The notes under the pieces are model-generated. The model saw only the letters and a list, made by a program, of their open reading frames with translations, was not told the DNA's origin and made no database searches. Below, in pieces: positions 20,324-30,495 of a DNA stretch of 64,000 bases. Position numbers and translations under genes: made by a program. Source of the DNA: Thermodesulfobacteriota bacterium (GTDB lineage: Bacteria; Desulfobacterota_D; UBA1144; Nemesobacterales; UBA2774); contig OZ244991.1 in NCBI GenBank assembly GCA_965223335.1, positions 992,001 to 1,056,000 on the forward strand, given 5' to 3'. The first letter of the stretch is position 1. Each line of letters starts with the position of its first letter.

Positions 20324-20499
20324 CTCTCTCGTACTTTGAAAATTCAGAACTGGTTGTCGTGGCGCTAATACTGTTTTTATTTGCGTACGGCGGTTTTGTT
20401 CTGATGTATATCAGGAAATCCAATTCCGAGGTTCTCGAACAAATGAGCGAGATGCCTTTGGAACAAGAGCATAAGCAAGTAATGGAGGAAACGAAATGA
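20311..20499 (+). CDS. ccoQ: cbb3 oxidase subunit CcoQ (apparent ATC start)
   Basis: Not in the ORF track. Translates as (I)KQLALSYFENSELVVVALILFLFAYGGFVLMYIRKSNSEVLEQMSEMPLE...; one TM and an MPLE tail; lies between ccoNO and ccoP. Confidence 0.75.
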
Positions 20500-21062
20500 C
20501 TGAAAAGGATAAATTGATCGAAGGGCACAATTATGACGGCATCCAGGAGCTTAACAACCCATTGCCCGGATGGTGGCTCATGACGTTTTATCTGACCATT
20601 ATCTTCTCTGTTATCTATTTTGGCTATTATCAGATATTCGGCGGGCCGACCTCAGAGGAAGAGTTGGCGTCGGCTCTAAGTTCGATACAGGGCGAGAGAG
20701 AGATAGCCGCTGAGGAAAGGGGCGAGAAAACAGAACAGGACTTTGTGGCCATGGCCGAAGACAGTGCTGCTATAGAGAGTGGTATGACCGAGTATGTGGC
20801 AAAGTGTGCAGTTTGCCACGGTGACAAGGGGCAGGGGTTAATCGGCCCCAACCTGACCGACGAATACTGGATATCCGCCGACGGTTCGGTAACCTCTATT
20901 ATTACTACTATAAACACGGGTGTTGTCGACAAGGGTATGCCCCCGTGGAAGGGTCAGATCGCTCCCGAGCTTATAGAGAATATTGCTGTGTACGTTTATA
21001 CTTTGCAGGGCACTGAACCCGAGGGTGCAAAACCCCCTCAGGGAGAAAAGATAACTAAGTAA
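20496..21062 (+). CDS. ccoP: cbb3 oxidase subunit III CcoP (single heme c)
   Basis: HNYDGIQELNNPLPGWW, one CAVCH, GPNLTD and GMPPW. Confidence 0.92.
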   Translation: MTEKDKLIEGHNYDGIQELNNPLPGWWLMTFYLTIIFSVIYFGYYQIFGGPTSEEELASALSSIQGEREIAAEERGEKTEQDFVAMAEDSAAIESGMTEYVAKCAVCHGDKGQGLIGPNLTDEYWISADGSVTSIITTINTGVVDKGMPPWKGQIAPELIENIAVYVYTLQGTEPEGAKPPQGEKITK

Positions 21063-22492
21063 TGAAGGTACTGGATCAAAGACATCTTCCAGAGAAGCGC
21101 CCTGCAACCATGGATGAGACAGGGAAGAGGGTTTATATCTTCCCGGCACAGGTCAAGGGATTTTTCCGCCGCTACCGGACCATATTACAGGTAGCGTTGG
21201 TGCTTTTCTTTTTGATCCTACCCTGGATCAAGATCGCCGGGCACCAGGCGCTTTTGCTTGATATAGCTCAAAGAAGGTTCTCCATATTCGGGCTCACATT
21301 TTGGGCCCACGACGGCCCGCTCATCTTTTTTCTCCTGGCTGTGCTTTGCTTGGGCCTAGCTTTTATTACCGCTATTTGGGGCAGGGTATGGTGCGGGTGG
21401 GGCTGCCCGCAAACGGTTTTTATCGACGGAGTGTTCAGACGCATCGAGTACTGGATACTTGGCAGTCATATAAAACAGATGAACATGGCCAGGTCGCCCT
21501 GGTCCGGTTCCAAGCTTCTTAAATACGGTGCGGTATGGACGCTATTTACAGTTGTAAGTCTTATAATCGCGCATAGCTTCCTTGCGTACTTTGTCGGTGC
21601 CGAGCGGCTTGTGGACATGACTCAAAACAACCCCCGCGAGAACTGGACTATCTTTCTCATCATGGCTTTTGTTACTGCAGTTGTGCTTTTTGATTTCGGT
21701 TGGTTCCGCGAACAGTTCTGCATCATCGTCTGTCCCTACGGCAGGTTCCAGTCAGTGCTCATGGACGACGATTCAATGACCGTTACCTACGACTACAACC
21801 GGGGCGAGCCCCGCAGGGGTGAGGCAAAGGAGGGCGAGCCGGAGGGCGACTGTATTAATTGTTTCAGATGTATCACTGTGTGTCCCACGGGCATCGATAT
21901 CCGCCAGGGGATGCAGATGGAGTGTGTGGGTTGTACTGCGTGTATCGATGTGTGTGACGAGGTTATGGACAATGTAGATAAACCCAAGGGCCTTATAAGG
22001 TATGCAACGGGCAAGAGCTTAAAAGGGCTTACAAGCAGTTGGTTCAGGCCAAGGGTTGCACTTTACAGCCTACTTTTCCTTGTTTCTATATCCGCTCTGG
22101 TATACACGGTATCAAACAGAGACGAGATAGTTGTTACGGTGCTAAGAGCAAGGGACAATCCCTATCAGGTGGTAGGAGCAACTGAGGGCACGGAAGAACA
22201 GGTAATAAACCATTTTAAGATCCACCTCAAGAACCAGACTTTCGAGGATATGGATCTTATGATTAAGCTTCCGGAAAATTGGTTAAAAGAAAACGTAGAA
22301 CTTGTTTCACAGTCAAACACCCTCAACATTAAGGCTGGAGAGAACGCAGTAGTGCATCTATTTGTAAAATTCCCAAAAGCTGTTCTCTCCACTAGCGGCA
22401 GCGCCACGATTACATTGGATGTGGTAAATACGGCTGATAATAAGATCGAGGTAAACAAGGAGATGAAACTTGTCGGTCCTAAGTCAGTTTGA
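21062..22492 (+). CDS. ccoG: cbb3 oxidase accessory protein CcoG (FixG)
   Basis: GRVWCGWGCPQTVF, CPYGRFQ and two 4Fe-4S Cys clusters. Confidence 0.95.
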   Translation: MKVLDQRHLPEKRPATMDETGKRVYIFPAQVKGFFRRYRTILQVALVLFFLILPWIKIAGHQALLLDIAQRRFSIFGLTFWAHDGPLIFFLLAVLCLGLAFITAIWGRVWCGWGCPQTVFIDGVFRRIEYWILGSHIKQMNMARSPWSGSKLLKYGAVWTLFTVVSLIIAHSFLAYFVGAERLVDMTQNNPRENWTIFLIMAFVTAVVLFDFGWFREQFCIIVCPYGRFQSVLMDDDSMTVTYDYNRGEPRRGEAKEGEPEGDCINCFRCITVCPTGIDIRQGMQMECVGCTACIDVCDEVMDNVDKPKGLIRYATGKSLKGLTSSWFRPRVALYSLLFLVSISALVYTVSNRDEIVVTVLRARDNPYQVVGATEGTEEQVINHFKIHLKNQTFEDMDLMIKLPENWLKENVELVSQSNTLNIKAGENAVVHLFVKFPKAVLSTSGSATITLDVVNTADNKIEVNKEMKLVGPKSV

Positions 22493-23195
22493 GCATATAG
22501 TGGCCGGGTGGTCATTGCTATCGATCCCACTTGCGGTACTTGTAGCAAGTCTTTTGGGCAGTTCCCACTGCATATCGATGTGTAGCCCGATTGCTGCTAC
22601 ACTGCATGGTACCAGGGGGTATCTGAGCGTATATCATTTCGGCAGGCTGCTCTCTTACATTGTTTTGGGTGTGCTTGCAGGCCTAGTAGGTGAAGCCGTC
22701 CTCTCAAACAACCTGCCTTTGGTCTCCAAGATCTCTGCCGTGCTTATCTCAGTGTTTTTCATATTCACCGGTTATAGAATTATCAAAAAAAAGACACTCG
22801 ATATTCTCCCTTCAAAGACCATGACCTCCATACTGCTCTATCCCGCAAAATGGTCTCTCACACAGAACAGAGCCACCAGGTCGTTTGTAATAGGTGTGGT
22901 GAACGGGTTTTTGCCATGCGGGTGGCTATATATATTTGTAATAGGTTCCGTTGCCTCTAAAGACCCTTTTTACAGTGCGTTTATACTGTTTATTTTCTGG
23001 TTAGGAACTCTCCCTGCACTCACAGCATTCCCGATGTTGTATAAAAAGGTGTTTCAAAACGCACCCAGAAAATTGAGTGTAGCTGCAGGCATAGTGCTAA
23101 TACTCGCAGGACTGCTTACAATTACATACCACACTCTTCCGCACGGCTCGCATGGCAATGGCCATAGCCATATGCACATGAGCACTCACGAGTAG
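22470..23195 (+). CDS. DsbD_2/TauE-like cytochrome c oxidase biogenesis membrane protein
   Basis: GSSHCISMC, YHFGRLLSY and GFLPCGWLY; His-rich C-terminus. Confidence 0.85.
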   Translation: MSVLSQFEHIVAGWSLLSIPLAVLVASLLGSSHCISMCSPIAATLHGTRGYLSVYHFGRLLSYIVLGVLAGLVGEAVLSNNLPLVSKISAVLISVFFIFTGYRIIKKKTLDILPSKTMTSILLYPAKWSLTQNRATRSFVIGVVNGFLPCGWLYIFVIGSVASKDPFYSAFILFIFWLGTLPALTAFPMLYKKVFQNAPRKLSVAAGIVLILAGLLTITYHTLPHGSHGNGHSHMHMSTHE

Positions 23196-23240
23196 GTTCT
23201 TCAAAACTATTTAAGTGATTTAAACACCGGGTAGAGGGCT

Positions 23241-24602
23241 CTATACTCCCTTTATCTCAAACTGTTTCAGTTTTCTATAGAGTGTGTCCCTCGAGATTCC
23301 GAGAATCTGTGCGGCTTTGGACTTATTACCGTTCGATTCCCTAAGCGCCTGTTCGAGAGCAAACTTCTCGATCTGCCCCAAAGACATCATCTGGTGGTCT
23401 GCGGTCTTAGTGTGCTGCCACAGCATATGCGATTTCAGGTCTTTTTCCGTAAGCTCTGTTTTATCTGCGGGGGCAACCGCAATGGTGCTCTCAATCAGGT
23501 TTTCCAGTTCCCTTATGTTTCCGGGGAAGTGGTAGTTCTGCAGGGCACTTAGCGCACTGTCTGATATGGAACTGATTTTGGTAGAGTACTTGGTGTTAAA
23601 ATTCTTTATAAAATGCTCTACCAACTGTGGGATGTCGCTACGTCTTTCCCTAAGCGGGGGAAGTTCGATTACTATCACGGCTAGTCTAAAGAACAGGTCT
23701 TCGCGCAGGAAACTCTTTTTGAGCTCTTCTATTGAGCGGTTGCTCGCGGTAATTACTCGTATATCCACATGTCGTTCAGTGGTGTGACCAATGGGTCTTA
23801 CTTTATACTCTTCGAGAACACGGAGCAGGCGTACCTGGAGCTCTTTAGGCATCTCTCCTATCTCGTCCAAAAAGATAGTTCCCTTATCCGCCACTAGGAA
23901 TAGGCCGTCATGATCCCTTATTGCGCCAGTAAATGCACCCTTACGGTATCCGAACAGTTCCGATTCTAAAAGCTCTTTAGGTATGGCACCGCAGTTTACG
24001 GGCACAAATGGTTTTCTCGACCTCTCGCTTTGAAGGTGTATGGCTTTTGATAGCAGTTCCTTTCCGGTCCCAGTCTCCCCTACAATGAACACAGGGGCGT
24101 TACTTCTCGAAGCGGCCTTGGCTTTTTCAAAGACCGACTTCATGTTGATTGAGCTGCTTATGATGTTTTCAAAGCCGTATTTGTCCGAGAGCAACTGCTC
24201 TAGGTTACCCACACGGTTTTCCAGATCATGCGATCTTTTGAGCACCTTAAGCTTGTTTAGCAACACGTCCTTATCAAACGGTTTTGTTATGAAATCGCTA
24301 GCCCCTAGTTTTATTGCCTCCACAGCGGTCTGCACTGTACCCTGCCCGGTGACAATAATCACATTTAGTTCAGGCAGTATGGCTTTTAGTTTTTCCAGCA
24401 GGTCAAACCCGTCCATAAGCGGCATAAACAGGTCTATGAGTGCCAGATCTATATCGCTCTCGACCTCGACCATCTCTATGGCTTCTGAGCCCGAGTACGC
24501 TGTAATAGCTTCGTACCCGCTTCGTTCTAAGAGCTCCTTAACCGCTTCTACAAATTCTTGATCGTCGTCAACCACAAGCACTCTTAATTTATTCTCGGTC
24601 AA
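23241..24602 (-). CDS. NtrC-family sigma54-dependent response regulator
   Basis: Receiver, GETGTGKEL, ESELFG, GAFTGA, FLDEIGE and a Fis-type HTH. Confidence 0.95.
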   Translation of the reverse strand: MTENKLRVLVVDDDQEFVEAVKELLERSGYEAITAYSGSEAIEMVEVESDIDLALIDLFMPLMDGFDLLEKLKAILPELNVIIVTGQGTVQTAVEAIKLGASDFITKPFDKDVLLNKLKVLKRSHDLENRVGNLEQLLSDKYGFENIISSSINMKSVFEKAKAASRSNAPVFIVGETGTGKELLSKAIHLQSERSRKPFVPVNCGAIPKELLESELFGYRKGAFTGAIRDHDGLFLVADKGTIFLDEIGEMPKELQVRLLRVLEEYKVRPIGHTTERHVDIRVITASNRSIEELKKSFLREDLFFRLAVIVIELPPLRERRSDIPQLVEHFIKNFNTKYSTKISSISDSALSALQNYHFPGNIRELENLIESTIAVAPADKTELTEKDLKSHMLWQHTKTADHQMMSLGQIEKFALEQALRESNGNKSKAAQILGISRDTLYRKLKQFEIKGV

Positions 24603-26116
24603 TTTTTCTCTCCATCTAAGGTAGGCAGAACGATTATAACCGTGGTCCCCTTGCCCTCTTTGCTCTCAAGACGTATTTGACCCCCGTGTTCATGTATGAT
24701 TCGTTTTGCTACCGAGAGTCCAAGACCTGTACCCTTCCCCGATGATTTAGTTGTAAAAAAGGGTTCAAACACAAAGGGTATTATATCCTCGGCTATGCCT
24801 GTTCCGGTGTCTTCGATACGAATTTCAACTGTGTCGCGATCAGCACTCAAAGCGGATTGCACGGTTATAGTGCCTCCATCGGGCATTGCATCTATCGCGT
24901 TCATGATTGTATCTGAGAGCATGAGGTGAAACAGGTTGGTATCGGCCGATACTCTTACACCTTCTTTAAAATCCGTGATTAAATCTATGCCCTTTTTATC
25001 CAAGATCGGTTTAATAATATCTATGGATTCATCCAGCAGTACCGATAGAATGTGGGGCATCTGTTCATTAACGGGCTTACTCACAAATTTTAAGAGTCTC
25101 TGAATCACTCTTTGACCGTAAAGGATTTGATTCTCAATTGAGTTTAGTTTTTGTATGAATTGACTGGCTTCCGGAATATTAACCAGGTCTTCTTCTAACA
25201 TCTGTACCCTAAGCAGCATGGACGCAAGCGGTGTGCCCATATGATGAGCAAAGCCCTCCGCCATCTTGCCTATAACCTGAGACTTCTCCAGCTCTATGAA
25301 TTTGTTTCGTGTCTCGATTCGCTCCTGTATGTTTCTGTTTGTCTCGATGAATTTCCCAGAGGGGCTCTCCACGTAATTCAAACTAAGACTAATAGGTATG
25401 CGTCGGCCGTCCAAGCCCTGTTTCTCCGTCTCAAAATCTGTGACTTTGCTGCCTTCCTTTACCTTTTGTAATTGCTCGCCATATATCTCTTTATTCTCAC
25501 TGGGGATTATATCCCATATGCTTGTTAGTTCCTCGTCCCCGGCACTACAGTACAGGTTTTCTGCCTCTCTATTCAAAGTTTCTATAACACCTTCGTCATC
25601 AAACACTAAAATAGCATCCGTAGTGTTATCCATAATCTCCTTTACCCTTTTACTGCTCTCTTCGAGTAGCTTCTCTGTATCTTTTCTTAAGGTGATATCG
25701 ATTATACTGCTTATAAACAGTGTGCTCTGATCTGAAACAATCGGGTTTAATCCTATCTCTACAGGAAATTCCGTCCCGTCTTTTCTCACAGCATACAGAT
25801 CTCTCCCCTTGCCCATCTCTTTGGTTAGAGGATTTTTCTTATATGCCTTTCTTTTTTGAATGTGGCCTTTTCTTAACCCTGTGGGAACTAAGATCTCAAT
25901 GGAATTGCCCAATAGTTCGTTAATTTTATAACCGAATATCTTTTCCGAGTACTCGTTGGCAAACACAATTGTTCCATTTTCGTTTATGATTACAATTGCG
26001 GTTGGGATCCCGTGGAGTATAAGGTTCAGATGCTCGAATTTAATCGGTTGATCTGGGCTGTCTGGATTCAATTTGGTAATCTCTTCCTCACCAATATTTT
26101 TGTTTTCTACCCGCAT
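24599..26116 (-). CDS. PAS-PAS sensor histidine kinase (first PAS FixL-like)
   Basis: ILVP...GH...MG.GRDLYAVRKDGTEFPVEI, H-box FAHHMGTPL, FEPFFTTK and GTGLGL; no TM segments. Confidence 0.9.
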   Translation of the reverse strand: MRVENKNIGEEEITKLNPDSPDQPIKFEHLNLILHGIPTAIVIINENGTIVFANEYSEKIFGYKINELLGNSIEILVPTGLRKGHIQKRKAYKKNPLTKEMGKGRDLYAVRKDGTEFPVEIGLNPIVSDQSTLFISSIIDITLRKDTEKLLEESSKRVKEIMDNTTDAILVFDDEGVIETLNREAENLYCSAGDEELTSIWDIIPSENKEIYGEQLQKVKEGSKVTDFETEKQGLDGRRIPISLSLNYVESPSGKFIETNRNIQERIETRNKFIELEKSQVIGKMAEGFAHHMGTPLASMLLRVQMLEEDLVNIPEASQFIQKLNSIENQILYGQRVIQRLLKFVSKPVNEQMPHILSVLLDESIDIIKPILDKKGIDLITDFKEGVRVSADTNLFHLMLSDTIMNAIDAMPDGGTITVQSALSADRDTVEIRIEDTGTGIAEDIIPFVFEPFFTTKSSGKGTGLGLSVAKRIIHEHGGQIRLESKEGKGTTVIIVLPTLDGEKN

Positions 26117-26194
26117 TACATCTATTCCAAATCGATTGCTATACGTCTAGATTCCAATGAGCTTATCACCTTAATCATACACTCACAACAATGC

Positions 26195-26791
26195 TCAATG
26201 CGAAGGTATTTCCGTTTTATTCATTGATGAATAGACTTCAAATCTCCTGCTCCAGTTTTCAAGATTAAACGATGCGATATTGATCTGCTGTTTTTCCTCT
26301 GTGTCTTCGTCTACTATATAACTCGATAACAGGGTCTCGGGTTTAAAACCGTAATGGTTTAGAATCTTTGTTAAACTTCCACTCTCCGGGCGGTATTTAA
26401 TGATGATCTTGTGGAAGTTTGTCTTAAACCCTTCGTATAATAGTATGTTGAATATTTGGCCGCCTAGACCTTTGTTTCTGTAATCGGGACGTACCAGTAA
26501 CTTCATTTCAACGGCACGCGAGTGGTATGGTCCTTCGGTGTGTAATGTGCCTTTCCCTACGATCTCCCCATCGGCTTCTACGATTAACTGGAATATTTTT
26601 TTATATGTCTCGTCTGTGAACCACGATTCCAAAGCAGAGATGTTAGTTACATCATTCCTATATATAAACATGTCTTCTTTGGGGATCTTTGAAAAAAAAT
26701 CGGTCAACGACTCTAAATCCCCGGGAGCCATAGGACGGGCAAACACAATCGATGAGTCGTTTAATACGAGTTTTTTGGGATATTCTTCCAC
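26195..26791 (-). CDS. GNAT-family acetyltransferase-like protein
   Basis: VRPDYRNKGLG motif A. Start moved to GTG 26791 because the ORF-track start (26815) lies inside a sigma54 promoter. Confidence 0.75.
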   Translation of the reverse strand: MEEYPKKLVLNDSSIVFARPMAPGDLESLTDFFSKIPKEDMFIYRNDVTNISALESWFTDETYKKIFQLIVEADGEIVGKGTLHTEGPYHSRAVEMKLLVRPDYRNKGLGGQIFNILLYEGFKTNFHKIIIKYRPESGSLTKILNHYGFKPETLLSSYIVDEDTEEKQQINIASFNLENWSRRFEVYSSMNKTEIPSH

Positions 26792-26804
26792 TATGCATAT
26801 CACT

Positions 26805-26819
26805 GCAACCATCATACCA
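26805..26819 (-). promoter_or_regulatory. Sigma54 promoter of the GNAT-kinase-regulator operon
   Basis: Minus strand TGGTATGATGGTTGC = GG-N10-GC. Confidence 0.6.
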
Positions 26820-27007
26820 ATAGTCTCAAATTTTGAGTGTGCTATAAACTGATTGAGCCGGTTAGAGCCTCAATTAATCCAATTTGCTACATATTATCAT
26901 GTATTAATTCAATGTTTATAGTTGGTTATGTGTCTGATTCAGCACCATGTTTCTCTTATCAATAGTCGGGGGCTAAATATTTTTATCTGACAATAATCAA
27001 ATAATTT

Positions 27008-27034
27008 ATTGTCTTATTATAAGACATCTGACAC
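27008..27034. promoter_or_regulatory. Putative enhancer (bEBP) binding site, copy 2
   Basis: ATTGTCTTATTATAAGACATCTGACAC contains the perfect palindrome TGTCTTAT-T-ATAAGACA plus an extra half-site. Confidence 0.65.
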
Positions 27035-27255
27035 TTTTATAGACCGTCACCGGATTCATGTCCTTTTTATAATCCGATATTTGTATATACCCTTGATATT
27101 AATAGCAAAAAAGTTAGAATGAAAAAGTAAATAAATACTTATAATCATAAGCTATTTTCTTATGTGGTATTGGATATACAATTACTTAAGAGCCATAAAG
27201 CGCTCAGCTCTAATCAGGGTGTAATCTCTATTTACAATACCAATTATTAGATTTC

Positions 27256-28161
27256 TTGAGGGACAGTGTGAAATTTGCCGCAATTGATATAGGGTCAAAC
27301 GCTGTGAGGTTGTTGTTTACACAGGTTCTCGAGACCAAAAAGAAGACCGTGTTTAAGAAAGACTCTCTTTTCCGAGTCCCAATACGCCTTGGTGATGAAG
27401 CGTTTGTCCACGGAGAAATATCCAAAGATAAGGCGGATAGCCTCAAAAAAACTATGCTTGCGTTTAAATACCTCATAGAGGCTTATAAACCGGTGGATTA
27501 CATGGCATGTGCCACCGCTGCGATGAGGGAGTCAGTAAACGGAATGGAACTTGTGGAAAAAATTAGAGAAGACACCGGGCTCGATATAATGATAATTGAC
27601 GGAAAACGCGAAGCGGAAATCATCTACTCCAACCACATTGCGGATAATCTCGATAAAGCAAGGGATTATCTTTACATAGATGTGGGGGGTGGGAGCACGG
27701 AATTAACAGTAATATCTAAGACAAAGATCGCAAGCTCTCAATCGTTTAATCTCGGCACTGTACGCTTGCTTAAAGACAAAGCTAAGAAGTCGGAGTGGGG
27801 TAGAATGAAGGAGTGGCTTGAGAAAAATACCAAGGGTTTTAAATCGATGGATGGGATCGGGAGTGGGGGGAATATTAATAAAATTGTAAAGATGGCACAA
27901 GTAGTTGAGGGTGATCCGCTTGAGTACAAGGCTATCAGAAAAATATACAAGGATCTCAATTCCTACACACTCATGGAGCGGATAGGGGAGCTCGGTCTAA
28001 GGCCTGACAGGGCCGATGTCATTATCCCTGCTACAAAGATCTTCTTGAAAGTGCTCAAGTGGGCCGATATAGATAAAATATACGTGCCGCAAATCGGTCT
28101 AGCAGACGGGATTATCCATGTACTATACGAGAAACAGAAACTAAGAAAAACAGTCGCATAG
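27256..28161 (+). CDS. ppx: Exopolyphosphatase (short Ppx/GppA family)
   Basis: AAIDIGSNAVRL, ATAAMRE, IDVGGGSTE and RADVI; the real start may be GTG 27268. Confidence 0.93.
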   Translation: MRDSVKFAAIDIGSNAVRLLFTQVLETKKKTVFKKDSLFRVPIRLGDEAFVHGEISKDKADSLKKTMLAFKYLIEAYKPVDYMACATAAMRESVNGMELVEKIREDTGLDIMIIDGKREAEIIYSNHIADNLDKARDYLYIDVGGGSTELTVISKTKIASSQSFNLGTVRLLKDKAKKSEWGRMKEWLEKNTKGFKSMDGIGSGGNINKIVKMAQVVEGDPLEYKAIRKIYKDLNSYTLMERIGELGLRPDRADVIIPATKIFLKVLKWADIDKIYVPQIGLADGIIHVLYEKQKLRKTVA

Positions 28162-28175
28162 TAAATAGGGGCTGT

Positions 28176-29726
28176 TTGAAACAGGGGTTGGGTTTGTTAC
28201 AAGCTAAGTACTTTCTCTTGCAAAAAGAGCCGGGTTCCCAAGGTTTCACCGAGCAGATTAATGCCTCTTTCCCCACAAAATCAGATCCAAAAGTTGTTTT
28301 CAATGAAAACTATTTCGATACATTTGACTGGCGTCTACACAACTCTAATCATTACTTAACCAAAAACAATAACAAGTATGCTCTTTATAAAACCGGATTT
28401 AGCCAGCCTGTCTGTGTCGAGACAATAAGGGGCAGGGCCAGGTTTAAATTCTGGTGGGATTTACCCGAGGGAGCACTAAAAAAACTACTGAAGCCGATAT
28501 TAGGTGTTAGGTCACTTATTAGCTTCTTGTCTTTAGAGGGCTTAACAAAAACTTTACACGTTCTTAACAATGATCGTAAGACTGTAGTTAGAGTTAAGGT
28601 GCACGATTTTAATACAGTTGCACCGAATTCCGACAAAGCAGACATAACAATTATAGAACTCGATCCCGTTAGGGGATACAAAAAAGAATTTACACGACTA
28701 AGCGAGTTTCTTACCGCTATGGGATTGCAGGCGACAAATAAAAAGCCGTATGAGATAGTCTGCCGGGAGCTAGATGTGTTACCGGGCTCTTACAGCTCTA
28801 AAATCACTGCTAAGCTCGATCCCCACACAAGTGCGAGTGTAGGATCGAAAAGGATTTTATCGGGTTTGTTAGATACAATGCAGCAAAACGAGTATGGGAT
28901 CACAAAAGACTTGGATACCGAGTTTCTCCATGATTTCAGGGTCTCTGTCCGCCGCACCAGGTCATTGCTAAGCCAGGTAAAGGGAGTGTTCCCACCCGAG
29001 GTTACCGACAGATTTAAAGAGGATTTTGCCTATTTAGGCAAGATGACCAACGAGCTTAGAGACCTCGATGTTTATCTGCTCAAAGAAAATGAGTACAAAG
29101 CGATGCTGCCCACAGACATTAGTTCCTTATTGGATCCTTTATTCGATCAACTGAAATCGAGACGTAAAGCCGTTCTCAAAAGCACAGTGAAATCATTGCA
29201 CTCAGAGAGGTACAAAAAGATTATCCATGCCTGGCAACAGTTTTTAGATGAGCCCTTTAGCTCCCCCCACGATGCCCCACATGCAAACAGCCCTATTATC
29301 GAGGTGGCTCGGGATCGGATATGGAAAAGGTTCCGAAACATAATGAAAGCCGGCAGTAAAATTACACTCAGATCACCCGACGAGGAGCTTCATCGGCTCC
29401 GCATAAACTGCAAAAAGCTTCGCTATCTTCTCGAGTTTTTTAGCTCTTTATTTCCCAACTCAGACATAGTTTACTTGATCAAACAACTAAAGAGACTCCA
29501 GGATAATTTAGGGGATTTCAACGACCTCTATATGCAGCAGACTCAGTTACGTAATTATATCGATCGTAGTGGTGTCGAGCAGGGCAAGACAATGATGGCT
29601 GTGGGGGGGCTGATATCGGCTCTTTATCAAAAGCAGCATAGGGTCCGCGCGGAATTTAGCGACCGGTTTGCGGAGTTTAGCAGTGCAAAGAACAAAGCTC
29701 TTTTCAAGAGACTGTTTGCGTGTTGA
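28176..29726 (+). CDS. CHAD-domain polyphosphate-binding protein with N-terminal CYTH-like region
   Basis: YFDTFDWRL; CHAD motifs FLHDFRVSVRRTRS, RDLDV, LHRLRINCKKLRY and LQDNLGDFND. Confidence 0.9.
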   Translation: MKQGLGLLQAKYFLLQKEPGSQGFTEQINASFPTKSDPKVVFNENYFDTFDWRLHNSNHYLTKNNNKYALYKTGFSQPVCVETIRGRARFKFWWDLPEGALKKLLKPILGVRSLISFLSLEGLTKTLHVLNNDRKTVVRVKVHDFNTVAPNSDKADITIIELDPVRGYKKEFTRLSEFLTAMGLQATNKKPYEIVCRELDVLPGSYSSKITAKLDPHTSASVGSKRILSGLLDTMQQNEYGITKDLDTEFLHDFRVSVRRTRSLLSQVKGVFPPEVTDRFKEDFAYLGKMTNELRDLDVYLLKENEYKAMLPTDISSLLDPLFDQLKSRRKAVLKSTVKSLHSERYKKIIHAWQQFLDEPFSSPHDAPHANSPIIEVARDRIWKRFRNIMKAGSKITLRSPDEELHRLRINCKKLRYLLEFFSSLFPNSDIVYLIKQLKRLQDNLGDFNDLYMQQTQLRNYIDRSGVEQGKTMMAVGGLISALYQKQHRVRAEFSDRFAEFSSAKNKALFKRLFAC

Positions 29727-29745
29727 GATTTAAGGAGGGGGAGTT

Positions 29746-30492
29746 ATGGACAGTATAGCTCTTTACAGCATGAAAGGCGGGGTAGGTAAAACAGCTGCAG
29801 CAGTTAACTTGGCACATATAGCTGCGGGCGAGGGGCTACGTGTATTACTTTGTGACCTTGACCCTCAGGGTGCATCGTCTTACTACTACCGGATCAAAGC
29901 TTCTAAGAATTTCAACACCAATAAGTTTATAAAAGGCGGCAGACACATTGACCGCAATATTAAGGGCACGGATTACCCCAACCTAGACCTCCTGCCCTCA
30001 AAGCTCTCATACCGTAACCTTGACCTTGCGCTTGACGACCTAAAGAAATCCAAAAAGCGTTTAAAGGCCATATTCAGGGCTGTGCGTAATGAATACGACG
30101 TTCTGTTTATGGACTGTCCCCCCGGCATCTCACTTGTGTCCGAGAACGTTTTTAACGCTGCCAACGTCATTCTGGTACCGATTATACCGACTACTTTGTC
30201 TGTGCTCACATACGAGAAACTGCTCAGTTTCTTCAAAAAACACAATATTAAGCGCTCCAAGATCCATGCCTTTTTCTCGATGGTTGAAAAGAGAAAAAGT
30301 CTCCATCGCGAGGTCATAGAGGATATGTCCTCGGGTGTTTTAAACATGCTAAGCACGGAGATCCCCTACAGGTCCGATATAGAAAAGATGGGAATACACC
30401 GAGAACCTGTTGGGGCTTACGGGCCCAGTTCCGAATCCGCAAAGGCGTATAGCGATCTCTGGGATGAAATTAAGTGTATAATTGATAGGTAA
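29746..30492 (+). CDS. ParA/Soj-family ATPase (orphan, no adjacent parB)
   Basis: Deviant Walker A KGGVGKT, DLDPQG and DCPP; AAGGAGG RBS. Confidence 0.92.
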   Translation: MDSIALYSMKGGVGKTAAAVNLAHIAAGEGLRVLLCDLDPQGASSYYYRIKASKNFNTNKFIKGGRHIDRNIKGTDYPNLDLLPSKLSYRNLDLALDDLKKSKKRLKAIFRAVRNEYDVLFMDCPPGISLVSENVFNAANVILVPIIPTTLSVLTYEKLLSFFKKHNIKRSKIHAFFSMVEKRKSLHREVIEDMSSGVLNMLSTEIPYRSDIEKMGIHREPVGAYGPSSESAKAYSDLWDEIKCIIDR

Positions 30493-30495
30493 ATC

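Noticed and set aside
29746..30492. This ParA as the chromosomal Soj acting on the parS sites
   Set aside because: No adjacent parB, embedded in a polyP operon, and the C-terminal motif (IPYRSDIEK) diverges from Soj; not formally excluded.
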